Below, piece by piece: positions 10,901 to 19,393 of a stretch of DNA of 64,000 nt. Source of the DNA: an uncultured archaeon (GTDB lineage Archaea > Thermoproteota > EX4484-205 > JAAOZP01). The notes under the pieces are model-generated. The model worked only from the letters and a program-made list of their open reading frames with translations, had not been told where the DNA came from and did not search any database. The position numbers and the translations under genes were made by a program. Within the stretch, counting starts at the first letter, position 1; every line of letters starts with the position of its first letter. The stretch covers positions 112 to 64,111 of the forward strand of contig CALIBN010000017.1 of NCBI GenBank assembly GCA_938045545.1, written 5' to 3'.

Positions 10901-12631
10901 CCTGAATCAAAGTTATCAGCTGAGCAGCTCGCTCTCATCAGAAAACTGAGAAATGAAGGAAAGGGTATTTATCAATTGGCAAAGGACTTCGATTGTAATC
11001 CGGTAACGATTCTCAACGTTTGCAATGATGGAGGATACGGTAATCGAGAAAGGGTAAGAGTAATATCAGTGGCTCCTCCTTTGAAAGTGAAAATGGACGA
11101 TTGGTTAAAATTCTTCGGCTTTTGGCTGGCTGAGGGTTCAACCGATAATGAAAAAATAGCTAAGAGACATGGCTATAGAGTGGTGATTTCTCAAGTTGAC
11201 AGAAAGAAGAGAGAGGAAATCGAGAACGTCTTGAGGAGGCTACCGTTCCACTATCGTGAGGAAAACTTCAATTTAGTGATTTACAACAAACAGTTGTGGA
11301 ACTATCTTAGGCAATTCGGAAACGAGTTCACAAAATTCATCCCGGAAGAAATAAAGAGATTGGATAGAAAACAGTTGAAGATCCTGTTCGACTGGATGAT
11401 AAAGGGAGACGGCCACGTGAGAAAGGCCACAGGCCAGATAAGCTATTGGACGTCTTCTAAGAAGTTAGCGGACGATTTGCAGGAAATAGCCCTAAAATTG
11501 GGATATATGGCGACCATCTCTACCGTGAAGAAAAAAGCCTCGGAGATGAACGGAAGGCGATTGGTCTCAAACGCCGTCTATGTGATCGGGATTCAAAAGT
11601 TGAGACACTACAGGCTACGGGAACAAAATATAAGGAGGGTTCGCTATCGCGGAAAGGTATACTGCTGTGAGGTAGAAAATCATACGGTGTTCGTGAGGAG
11701 GAACGGAAAGGTCAGTTGGTGCGGAAACTCGATAGGTGTTACCACGATAAACATGCCTAGGATAGGGTTTTTGTCGAAGAGCGAGGGAGATTTCTTCGCC
11801 AGGCTTGACAGGATGATGGTTCTCGCAAAAGACGTGCTAGAGATTAAAAGGAAATGGCTTGAGAAGTTTACTGAGGCCGGTTTATACCCGTATTCCAGGT
11901 TCTACCTGAGGCATGTTAAGGAGGCTTTCGGCTCCTACTGGAAGAACCATTTCAGCACGATAGGCTTAATCGGCATGAACGAGGCCTGTTTAAACTTCCT
12001 AGGATACACTATCGGTGACCCCGAGGGCCTCAGCTTCTCCATTAAAGTTTTAGACTTCATGAGGAAGAGGCTCCAAGATTTCCAGGAGGAAACAGGCAAT
12101 ATTTTCAACCTTGAGGCTACTCCTGCCGAGGGGACCTCTCATCGGCTCGCTAGGCTAGATAAGAAAACCTACCCTAGTATAATAGTTGCGAACGAGGAGG
12201 AGGTCAAGAGGGGCGCCGCGCCGTACTACACGAACTCTACTCACCTCCCAGTTTACTACACCGACGACCTATGGGAATACCTTCGACTCCAAGACCCCCT
12301 CCAGACGAGATACACGGGCGGAACGGTTGCACATATCTGGCTCGGCGAGAGCAACCCGCCGGTCGAGTCGGTCGCAGCGCTCGTGAGGAAGGTCTGCGAA
12401 AACTTCAGGCTCCCCTACTTCACGCTTACACCGACGTTCAGCATCTGCCCAGAAGACGGGTACCTCAGTGGGGAGCAGCCCACGTGTCCGAAGTGCGGAA
12501 GGACCACGGAGGTCTACTCGAGAGTTGTAGGATATCTAAGACCTATAGACCAATGGAACTTGGGTAAGCAGGAGGAGTTTAAGCAGAGGAAGACTTTCGA
12601 CAAAGCCCTCAGCAGGAAACTCGTTGTTTAA
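7901..12631 (+). CDS. nrdD: anaerobic ribonucleoside-triphosphate reductase (class III, NrdD) with N-terminal ATP-cone; host of two inteins
   Basis: TTG start preceded by aGGAGGg. The N-terminal ATP-cone is 'ISRIIKRDGRVVDFDKSKITEAI'. The C-terminus has a zinc ribbon (CPEDG...CPKCG) and the glycyl-radical motif 'SRVVGYLRP'. With both inteins removed the extein is about 700 aa. Confidence 0.8.
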   Translation: MQQTDSKQTISRIIKRDGRVVDFDKSKITEAIWKAIKSVGGNDRALAERLSNRVVERLERQLKPGEIPHVEQVQDLVEKVLVENNLYNVAKAYILYRALHAQIREFVDSYLENKSWLVKENANTTYSLQALNFHISSQVISQYWLHRIFNKGRTEIREAHLNGDFHIHNLGILGAYCVGWDLKDLLTTGFKGVRGKVSAKPARHFRVALGHVVNFIFTLQGEAAGAQAFSNFDTYLAPFIRYDSLDYKSVKQALQEFMFNMNIPTRVGFQSLCGDEPIIVKEKGKIKVIEIGKLVDREFEKYPHKVIEQNPHSYALENHDDYQVLSFNPDGKAVWTRVKAFIRHRVPKNSEFVRIRTNRGEAKVSKAHSLFAFSKFNGKFNPVPKSAEDVKIADDYRHLNEENHFIALRSLDNQGEKEEIDLVEIIDELPGLQKNVFVKINPTHTLRKIKQRAILEEQSLIPFYKEFGLKDRGVWESWLESKSIRYDIWRKYGGLNMKAEFRLKNSDVWYPRFLKGKLLENFVKLCAWYISEGHTAISTPLYISRLPSGNAREIVKLLKALNALGQVARNKGYSRNGGKTKTVLKITGKGLLAEIVSKTCGYLSFNKVVPWFIFDLSPKYQRIFIETVLKGDGAEYQKYWDYSTTSGKLCAGLCLLLSQNKFRFAVYTEKTSRNNEKWRDGFVIRIFKENSIPKKTYSVNDFEARVCLGVEKFNYEREYEYDISVNLPQENFVGGAGLLVFHNTPFSNVTLDLKVPSFMEDEPVVVGGEILDATYGEFQEEMNIFNRALAEVMLEGDASARVFTFPIPTINITRDFNWDDEIVRKVLETSAKYGIPYFANFINSDMNPEDVRSMCCHLRLDKRELKKRGGGLFGANPLTGCYDENTEILTEKGWKLFKDLSMNDRVFTLNENNEIELHHPTRLFEYEYDGEMIHFKSRSLDLLVTPNHRMVVDTANGKRAFVEARDFIPNTHRIPKGGIWKGEEKEYFVLPPVPILQGSGPESKLSAEQLALIRKLRNEGKGIYQLAKDFDCNPVTILNVCNDGGYGNRERVRVISVAPPLKVKMDDWLKFFGFWLAEGSTDNEKIAKRHGYRVVISQVDRKKREEIENVLRRLPFHYREENFNLVIYNKQLWNYLRQFGNEFTKFIPEEIKRLDRKQLKILFDWMIKGDGHVRKATGQISYWTSSKKLADDLQEIALKLGYMATISTVKKKASEMNGRRLVSNAVYVIGIQKLRHYRLREQNIRRVRYRGKVYCCEVENHTVFVRRNGKVSWCGNSIGVTTINMPRIGFLSKSEGDFFARLDRMMVLAKDVLEIKRKWLEKFTEAGLYPYSRFYLRHVKEAFGSYWKNHFSTIGLIGMNEACLNFLGYTIGDPEGLSFSIKVLDFMRKRLQDFQEETGNIFNLEATPAEGTSHRLARLDKKTYPSIIVANEEEVKRGAAPYYTNSTHLPVYYTDDLWEYLRLQDPLQTRYTGGTVAHIWLGESNPPVESVAALVRKVCENFRLPYFTLTPTFSICPEDGYLSGEQPTCPKCGRTTEVYSRVVGYLRPIDQWNLGKQEEFKQRKTFDKALSRKLVV
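8711..10129 (+). mobile_element. intein 1 in NrdD (473 aa, LAGLIDADG homing-endonuclease type)
   Basis: Block A 'SLCGDEPIIVKEKGKIKVIEIG' begins with Ser. The C-terminal 'LLVFHN' is followed by +1 Thr. Internal LAGLIDADG-like motifs are 'KLCAWYISEGHT' and 'IETVLKGDGAE'. The flanks rejoin as 'RVGFQ|TPFSNVT'. Confidence 0.75.
10541..11728 (+). mobile_element. intein 2 in NrdD (396 aa, homing-endonuclease type with HTH)
   Basis: Block A 'CYDENTEILTEKGWKLF'. LAGLIDADG-like 'FFGFWLAEGST' and 'LFDWMIKGDGH'. The C-terminus 'ENHTVFVRRNGKVSWCGN' is followed by +1 Ser. The penultimate residue is Gly rather than His, so the C-terminal boundary is approximate. Confidence 0.6.
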
Positions 12632-12801
12632 ACAACTGGGTGAGACTCCTCTTTTTTACTTTCGCTCCTTAAGCTCTTATTTTTCTGAGATAGTACTGCG
12701 AACCACTCGATATTTCTTGTAATTATCTTTCCTTCCTCTTCACGTACAACTTCACAGTCCTCAGTTAGGGATCTCGGACGGCTGCTATTACCTCAACGTC
12801 A

Positions 12802-13077
12802 TTACTTGGAGCAACTATCTTGAAGCTCAAGGGTATCTTCGTTCATCGAGATGGGACCAGTAATAATCTCGATGAAGTCGATAGCTTCTTCTCCCTCAAC
12901 CCTTATCATTGCGTGTCCTCCTTTCCAACCCCTTGCCTCCTGCTTGTAGCAGTCAACCAGGAAGCATCTGTCCGGAGTGGTATCGTTATCCATGACGATC
13001 CAGCGTTGCGTACCGCTGAAATCAAGCATGGGATAGACCCAGATGTAGAAATCACCTTCTACGATCACATTAGGCAA
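12802..13077 (-). CDS. hypothetical protein (possibly a remnant of a disrupted gene)
   Basis: 91-aa ORF with balanced composition in an 800-bp gap. Fragmentary ORFs continue upstream on the same strand. The + strand ORF 12820-13131 is probably its antisense shadow. Confidence 0.2.
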   Translation of the reverse strand: MPNVIVEGDFYIWVYPMLDFSGTQRWIVMDNDTTPDRCFLVDCYKQEARGWKGGHAMIRVEGEEAIDFIEIITGPISMNEDTLELQDSCSK

Positions 13078-13447
13078 CCGTACTTTAGCCCAATGGAGGG
13101 TAGCATTCTTGAAATACTCGGAAATAGGTAGGGAAGCCCTAAGGATTGCGTTTAGGTCTTTACCCCTTATCTCAACTATGAAGGGCTTTTCGCCCTATCT
13201 ATCATGAAGCCGTAGACCAGTATAGCGGTTATCCCCACCTTGAAGCGGGAGGGCTAAACTTCACAGCTATGTCATTGGGATAGTAGTCGATCCAGAATCC
13301 TTCGGCTCCGCAGTCGTCGTAAGCCAGCCCGATGGTCGCCGCGGACGCATTAATGAATGGAACAGCTGAAAGGATTGTAATGAGATTAGCCCAGTTCCCT
13401 TGGCGAAACCATGGACTGAAGGAAGGCTGCTCAAGACACCATCCCCC

Positions 13448-14311
13448 TCATTCCTTTAGGATTTTCTTCTTAATCATCTCGGCGACTGGCGCTGGACTGA
13501 TATCCTTGTAGGGCTCTATACCCGCCTCCGTGATCCTGACTAGACAGCAGGCCATGGATGGTTTTGAAAGCGATTTCTCCAGAATCACTGCCTTAACTTC
13601 CTCGCCTAGGCTTGTGGAAACCATCCTGAGGATGTTCTTGCTCATGTAAACGAGGTGCTGTCCCCCGATCACGTCGAACTCCCTGGCGCCGAAGCCAGCC
13701 TCCGGGTCTATTGGGAAACTCTTCTTATCTATGCTTTCCGCCATCTCCCTCCTAGACTTCTCTTGAAAACTCCTGGCGGCTTCACTCCTCCGCCAGCTCG
13801 TTATTAAGAGAAGCGACTCGTAGCCCGTCGCCATTCCCACGAGAGTGTTAACTTCCAACGATAGCTTGCCTTGAAGGATCCTTGCTGTGGAGGCCAGATG
13901 TTGAGTAGGCGTGTTCAAGAGCTGTGCGTGATAGTGGGGAACCAGTGAGTCGACGATGATAAGCACCGGGGCCCAGTCGTTCTTATCCACCTCTCTAGGT
14001 ATTGTCTCGACTATCGCCTTGTGTTGCTCGAAGAGGCCACTAGCCTGGTACATCTTAATTCTGGACAGAGCTTCCTCCCTAATGCCCCTCTTCAAGCATA
14101 TCGTCTTTAAGCGGTCGGGGTCCCATTCCTCTGTTTTTACAACTATTATCACATCCCTCTCTCTGCAGCCCTTTAAAGCCTCAGCCACCAGGGTCAGGGA
14201 AATGGTGGTCTTACCGGTTCCAGGGCTCCCGTAGACCAGGTTTGAAACACCAGTTGGAAGGCCTCCGGTTAGCTCGTCCAGTGGCTTAATACCTGTGCTT
14301 AACTTCCTCAT
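13448..14311 (-). CDS. KaiC/RadA-like RecA-superfamily ATPase
   Basis: 'GIKPLDELTGGLPTGVSNLVYGSPGTGKTT' is the KaiC/RadB-type N-terminus with Walker A. Walker B is 'VLIIVDSL'. 287 aa. Confidence 0.75.
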   Translation of the reverse strand: MRKLSTGIKPLDELTGGLPTGVSNLVYGSPGTGKTTISLTLVAEALKGCRERDVIIVVKTEEWDPDRLKTICLKRGIREEALSRIKMYQASGLFEQHKAIVETIPREVDKNDWAPVLIIVDSLVPHYHAQLLNTPTQHLASTARILQGKLSLEVNTLVGMATGYESLLLITSWRRSEAARSFQEKSRREMAESIDKKSFPIDPEAGFGAREFDVIGGQHLVYMSKNILRMVSTSLGEEVKAVILEKSLSKPSMACCLVRITEAGIEPYKDISPAPVAEMIKKKILKE

Positions 14312-15537
14312 TCCGATCTGCCCTCCGTAAGAACCAAGAGTTGTCTCTCCCCCTCCTGAACCTGTCTTAGATAACCCTGCCTCATGAGCGCAGCAAGGGC
14401 CCTGAGACCTTCTGCACCCAACGAGGCCCTTACCTCTTCTGTGAACTCGTTCAAGCTCGCTTTTCCACCCGACTCCTCTAGCTTCCCGATTATCTTAGAT
14501 CCAGCCTCGTAGAACTCGCCAAGCCTCTCCCTCAGCTCGTCATCAGAGCTTAAGACTTTCATGACTGGTTTACGGGCTTCCCTCTCCTTCTCGCTAAGGG
14601 GCTTAAGGAGAATGTTCACAGGAGCCTCTGCGAAGCCATACTCCCCATTCTTAATGAGGATAAGCATGAAGTAGTTTGAAGCATCCCTCTCGGGCATGTG
14701 GCCCATCCTCCATGGGTTAACGGCTTCAGAGGGAGGCGAGAAGACTACAGAGTCAAGGTTCTCCAAAATCCTTTCGGAGACCTGTGATAGGTTTTTCTCC
14801 GCGAATATTATCGAATAGCCTTTCCTCTCCAGCTCTCCGATTAAAGACTCTTCAACGAAGAGTTTAGCATTGTCAAGCCTCCTGTTTCTCGGCCATATCA
14901 AGCTTGGATAGGTTATGATTATAAGCGTCCTGCGTTTAGGTTCAAGCTGAGCGAGCTTCGCCAGCATCAAAAGCGTTGCGAAGACCTTGTGCGAAGCTAT
15001 TGTAAACCCGGAGAGGTCGAGGACCATCCCCAGCTTCAAAACATCACTGAACTCCGTTGCTTCTTTTCTGCCGAAGGCATGCCTCAGGGTTCCGAAGGTG
15101 AATGGTTCGAAAGGCGTGTAAATCGATAACCCGCCCTCCGGGGTCTCGAAGTCAAGCCTTGAAGCGATCTCAGGTATCGTGGTTTCCGAAAACCTTAGTA
15201 CATCATCCAAGAGCGCTTTCGCCACAATGGCCTTCACGTTGAAAGCTCCAAAGCAATAGTCAAGTATCTCAACAACCGATTCGATGTATTGCTCAACCTT
15301 TTCACGGTTCGGAGGTTTAATTGGATTTAAGCCATATTTGACAACATCATAGTATCTCGTCGTACCCATCCTTGCCACGCAGCTAAACTCATCGTTTAAA
15401 TCGAGCAGGATTATCTTCGCGTCCTTAAACACGTCTTTAAGTAGGTACACGAGAGCAGCTTTGAAGTTGCTCCCGGCTATGCCTATCCTCACAGATGCCT
15501 GCAGCAATCCTAGGCTCTGCTCACGCACAACCCTCAT
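14308..15537 (-). CDS. hypothetical protein, possibly a degenerate P-loop-like domain; operon partner of the KaiC-like ATPase
   Basis: 409 aa. Overlaps its neighbours on both sides by 4 bp. 'RIGIAGSNFKAAL' resembles a Walker A that lacks the GK[ST]. Confidence 0.45.
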   Translation of the reverse strand: MRVVREQSLGLLQASVRIGIAGSNFKAALVYLLKDVFKDAKIILLDLNDEFSCVARMGTTRYYDVVKYGLNPIKPPNREKVEQYIESVVEILDYCFGAFNVKAIVAKALLDDVLRFSETTIPEIASRLDFETPEGGLSIYTPFEPFTFGTLRHAFGRKEATEFSDVLKLGMVLDLSGFTIASHKVFATLLMLAKLAQLEPKRRTLIIITYPSLIWPRNRRLDNAKLFVEESLIGELERKGYSIIFAEKNLSQVSERILENLDSVVFSPPSEAVNPWRMGHMPERDASNYFMLILIKNGEYGFAEAPVNILLKPLSEKEREARKPVMKVLSSDDELRERLGEFYEAGSKIIGKLEESGGKASLNEFTEEVRASLGAEGLRALAALMRQGYLRQVQEGERQLLVLTEGRSE

Positions 15538-16898
15538 TTCAGCACCCTCACCCCCCGTTGGGAGACCAGGATAGTCCTCCGCTCCAGTGCAAACCCTCTG
15601 GACGGTAGGAGCGACTCGATCAACTCCTTTTTGCAGTCCATTAGGATGATGTTGTCCGCTTCAAAGCTTGAGCGTATCCATGGTTTTTTCAGCGTCAGTA
15701 TCTTAATTGGGGCCTTCACGTCAAGGTTTTCAGCAAAGCCTCTAAACCAGATAGCGGCCAGGGGTTTAGATGATGTTTTCTTAAGCAAGGCTTCATCAGA
15801 GGGTTCGTTGGCGTAGACTACTTCCATCCCATCGTGGTGCCTATAAGTCTTAACGGGCTTCTTACGCAGCCTGTTCTTGCTAAGCTTGAAACCCCTCTCA
15901 ACAAGCTTCCTTTTTATCTCGTCCCCGGCATCCTCAGATGTCCCCTTAACGTCCACTACGATGGCCATCGAGTTCCTCCTCAACTGCGAGAGACATAGCC
16001 GGAGGGCAAGGTCCTCTGCATCCCTTCTCTCACCAACTATTAGTAGCCTCCCCGCTAGCCGACTAGTGTTTAGATCGAGTAGCTCGGGGACCGGTATTAC
16101 GTAGGGCTTCAGGGAGAGCCACTCTTCCAAAGCTTTCCGTAAACCCTGCCCAGAGCCCGGTCCTGCTCCCTTCAGGATCTTTTTGAACTCCTCCAGGGCC
16201 TGCGGATTATCCGAAGCAACTTCAACCTTCATTAATTGCCTGCTGGGTTTAGCCTCACAGAGAATAGCAATATTGCCTGTTACGCTCTTTCCGACAGCTT
16301 CTACGAAAGAAGACAGACTCCCCTTGAGTTTAAGTGTCTGACGATGCTCAAAGGACTCCATAAAGGCATCTTCAGGGAGCTTCCGATGGAACCTTGCCTT
16401 CCCCATTAAGACTTTTAGTAAACCTCCTAGGCCAAACCCGTGAAGGAAAGCAACTTTAGGAACCGGTGCAAGCGACAGAAGAATCGTGTGGTCTTCAGGT
16501 TGGACAGCCTCTTCCTTGCATACTATCCTTAGCTCACTCAGCCTAATCTTAGCGTTCAGAGACTTGCGAGTGACGAAGACAACGCAGAGGAATGTTGCTA
16601 TGAATCCTATTTGAGTATAGTGCTTGATACGGAAGAAAGCTAAGAAGAGCGCTGACATCAACCAGATTAGCAGGAAGGAGAATGCCCTTTTAAAGACCCT
16701 TCTCACGTTGTCCTTAAAGTACTTTCTCGGAAATAACAGGGACATAGTCAAGAACGCCATCACCGCTATAGAGATCAGGCTCGTCAGGCCTCCTAGGTCT
16801 AAGCCGAAGGGGTACACGATGGAATCTAAAAGCCTCTTAACCAGGCTCCCCAACAGAAGTACTGCAGCGAGCTTCAGGACGGTCTTAATGATGCTCAT
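15534..16898 (-). CDS. membrane-anchored protein (4-5 N-terminal TM helices plus a cytoplasmic domain)
   Basis: 454 aa. N-terminal hydrophobic helices, then a soluble domain with 'GRLLIVGERRDAEDLALRL...MAIVVDVKG'. First gene of a three-gene overlapping operon. Confidence 0.5.
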   Translation of the reverse strand: MSIIKTVLKLAAVLLLGSLVKRLLDSIVYPFGLDLGGLTSLISIAVMAFLTMSLLFPRKYFKDNVRRVFKRAFSFLLIWLMSALFLAFFRIKHYTQIGFIATFLCVVFVTRKSLNAKIRLSELRIVCKEEAVQPEDHTILLSLAPVPKVAFLHGFGLGGLLKVLMGKARFHRKLPEDAFMESFEHRQTLKLKGSLSSFVEAVGKSVTGNIAILCEAKPSRQLMKVEVASDNPQALEEFKKILKGAGPGSGQGLRKALEEWLSLKPYVIPVPELLDLNTSRLAGRLLIVGERRDAEDLALRLCLSQLRRNSMAIVVDVKGTSEDAGDEIKRKLVERGFKLSKNRLRKKPVKTYRHHDGMEVVYANEPSDEALLKKTSSKPLAAIWFRGFAENLDVKAPIKILTLKKPWIRSSFEADNIILMDCKKELIESLLPSRGFALERRTILVSQRGVRVLK

Positions 16899-17212
16899 TC
16901 TCCATCACGTATAGAAGCATTGTGAAACGTATATTTATAGCATGAGGTAAGCGAAAATTTCCGCTGACAGTCAGCGAGAATTTACCAACGGAAGATTTAT
17001 ATCGCCGTTATCAGCCGGCCAGGGAAAGCGATATTCGAAGCGAATTCTTGGAGAATCAGGCGGATAAAGGCTACTGCAGACGCCAGGGGAAGGAAATGCC
17101 TCGCTGGGATTCTTCACTTGACAGCAGGTAAACATCTGCTTACCATATTTTGGCGGCTCACACCGATCAGGTTTCAAACCTTGAAGCCTATCTCTTAAAT
17201 CCTTAAAAGGTA

Positions 17213-17767
17213 TTGGACGCTTTTTTAAAGACGTTGCCAAACGAAGGCGAGAAACTGGAACTGGAGCCGGAGAAACTCAACATGATAAAGGCTGCAGCTG
17301 AGCCTCACAGGATGAGAATATTGGTAAAACTGCTAGAGAAAGAGGGCACTATTACATCGCTATCCAAATCCCTCAGTTGTTCCAAACAGCTTTTAATCCA
17401 CCACCTTGAGGTTCTCGAGAAGAACGGGCTCGTCTCGAAGAGAAGGGTTGAGAACGCTGAGGTCTATAGTATTAGTGAAGCCGCCAAGACTATAGTCTCG
17501 GAGGTCTTGAAAATGCATTTAAGAATCGGAGAGGCTGAGGGCCCTGAGGCGGGCGCTGAGAGACGCATGGTTACTGCACCGGCTCTAAGAAGGCCAGCAT
17601 CCCTTCTGAAACTCATACCCCTGATCATTGGAATATCCGTAGCACTCTTCGCATCAGCCAGAGGGATCCTAGAAGGACAACCCCTGTGGATCCTCAGCGG
17701 AACATTGGTCGGCATCTGCCTCTACGCGATCGTTTCAAAGCTAATCCGGTATGCGCTAACCTCATAG
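17213..17767 (+). CDS. ArsR-family winged-helix transcriptional regulator with C-terminal TM segment
   Basis: 'HRMRILVKLLEKEGTITSLSKSLSCSKQLLIHHLEVLEKNGLV' is an ArsR/SmtB-type HTH. The C-terminal hydrophobic stretch is 'LIPLIIGISVALFASA...LWILSGTLVGICLYAIV'. Confidence 0.6.
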   Translation: MDAFLKTLPNEGEKLELEPEKLNMIKAAAEPHRMRILVKLLEKEGTITSLSKSLSCSKQLLIHHLEVLEKNGLVSKRRVENAEVYSISEAAKTIVSEVLKMHLRIGEAEGPEAGAERRMVTAPALRRPASLLKLIPLIIGISVALFASARGILEGQPLWILSGTLVGICLYAIVSKLIRYALTS

Positions 17768-17917
17768 CATGGATAATGAGGTGGGAACAGACTCGCGCGC
17801 TGTATAGTTGAATATCCCTTTTAAAAATGCTGAGAAAAGCGAGGGTTTAAAGCGTTTGAAGGAACTTGATAATTTATTCCGGTCAACTTTTTAAACATGT
17901 CAGCAGTGTGGTAAACC

Positions 17918-19387
17918 ATGCGTCTACTTGAGCAGAAGAATCTGGAGAAGATAGGCATAGTGGCCAGTGATTCGAGTGAAACCAGGGCTAAGCTCCTCCT
18001 AGAGGAGGAGAAGGAGCTTAAGGTTAGGGCTGAGGAGATCATCGTTATCGACACGCCCATGGGGGAGGTTCTTGGCGTTCTTAGAAGCGGCAGCGGGGTT
18101 AACGAGGCTCTCAGGGCAAATGCTTACAGGCCGAGCGTTGCTTACGCTAAGAAGGGTGGAGTCCCCTCAGGAGCCAGGGAGATATATACTTTCGAAATAA
18201 TGGTGATAGGGGTTTTGACTGAGAACGGGGTTGAGCAGAACCGCATGATAATACCTCCTAGAAGCAACGTCTACATTTTTAAGCCAGGCGTCTCCAATCC
18301 TCTTGAACACGTTGCGAGAAACAAGCCGGTTGTCTGGAACGCTTGTCTCGAGGGCCATGAGGATTGGAGAATACCTTTCGACAGCTCCTTCCTACCGTAC
18401 CATATCGGCGTGTTCGGCGCAACGGGAAGCGGAAAGTCTTGGCTGACAAGATTTGTCCTGGTCCCAGTCCTCTTGGAGTCAGGCTTCAAGGTTCTGGTTC
18501 TAGACTGGAGTGGCGAAGATTATGCTCCATACTACAAGGATAAGGCGGTTCCCATCTCCTACCTTAGGCTAGACGAGGAGGCGATAGTGAGATACATTCT
18601 GGAGAAGGCTGAGCACTTCGGCTACACTGGCCAGGCTAGAGATTCCAACCCTGTGAGGGAGGCTCTGGAGGACTATGTTTCGAGAAGATGGGAGGAGATA
18701 AGCCAGAAATCGTCTGAGGAAATGTTCCTAGACATGAAGAACCATTTGGAAAACGGTGTTAGACAGTCTTCAACAAGAGAGGATTTTAAGAGGATTGCTC
18801 TACGCCGGCTGGAGTACGGTTTCAAGAAGCTTAGGCCGATCGACCTGGAGGCCGTCAGGGGCTCGTTAAGCATCGAGGAGCTAGTGGAGGATTTGAGGAT
18901 GGAGGAGAAGGGTCTTAGAGTTGTCGACATGAGCCTGGTTGGGAGTGACGAGAAGCTCTCCTTCTTCAACTCTCTCGCAAGGTTTCTCGAGGAGGGGATG
19001 GAGCTGGGGGAGTCGCTCGGCGTCGCGCTGGTGATAGATGAAGGACCACAGTACGCCCCATGGGAGCCCAAGGGAATACAGTACGAGTCCACTGAGCACA
19101 TTAAGAACCTCTGCGCCCTCGGGAGGAAACACAGGCTTTGCATCGTCTTAATATCGCAGGGGATCGCTGGAGACATAGGTATAAACGCTGCCGTAAGAAG
19201 GAATCTTAACACGCAGTTCTTCGGAGCCCTTCACCCGCTCGACATGCAGGAGGCTGACAACTGGCTTAAGCCCTACGGGATTCAGAGGGAGTATCTTCTT
19301 TCACTGAAGCCGGGCCAGTTCTACTTCGTGGGGAAAGCAAATCCGTCGCCGATACCTCTCCTGATATCTTTCAAGCCGGTGAAATGA
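17918..19387 (+). CDS. HerA-like ATPase (FtsK/HerA superfamily, HAS-barrel plus P-loop)
   Basis: Walker A 'HIGVFGATGSGKSWLT', Walker B 'ALVIDEGPQY', and 'LCIVLISQ'. The N-terminus is HAS-barrel-like. 489 aa. Confidence 0.75.
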   Translation: MRLLEQKNLEKIGIVASDSSETRAKLLLEEEKELKVRAEEIIVIDTPMGEVLGVLRSGSGVNEALRANAYRPSVAYAKKGGVPSGAREIYTFEIMVIGVLTENGVEQNRMIIPPRSNVYIFKPGVSNPLEHVARNKPVVWNACLEGHEDWRIPFDSSFLPYHIGVFGATGSGKSWLTRFVLVPVLLESGFKVLVLDWSGEDYAPYYKDKAVPISYLRLDEEAIVRYILEKAEHFGYTGQARDSNPVREALEDYVSRRWEEISQKSSEEMFLDMKNHLENGVRQSSTREDFKRIALRRLEYGFKKLRPIDLEAVRGSLSIEELVEDLRMEEKGLRVVDMSLVGSDEKLSFFNSLARFLEEGMELGESLGVALVIDEGPQYAPWEPKGIQYESTEHIKNLCALGRKHRLCIVLISQGIAGDIGINAAVRRNLNTQFFGALHPLDMQEADNWLKPYGIQREYLLSLKPGQFYFVGKANPSPIPLLISFKPVK

Positions 19388-19393
19388 TACGCG

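Noticed and set aside
12820-13131. A plus-strand 103-codon ORF overlapping the minus-strand ORF 12802-13077.
   Set aside because: The two are mutually exclusive, and neither has a motif. The plus-strand ORF has the more skewed composition. The whole 12640-13447 interval may be a degraded gene.
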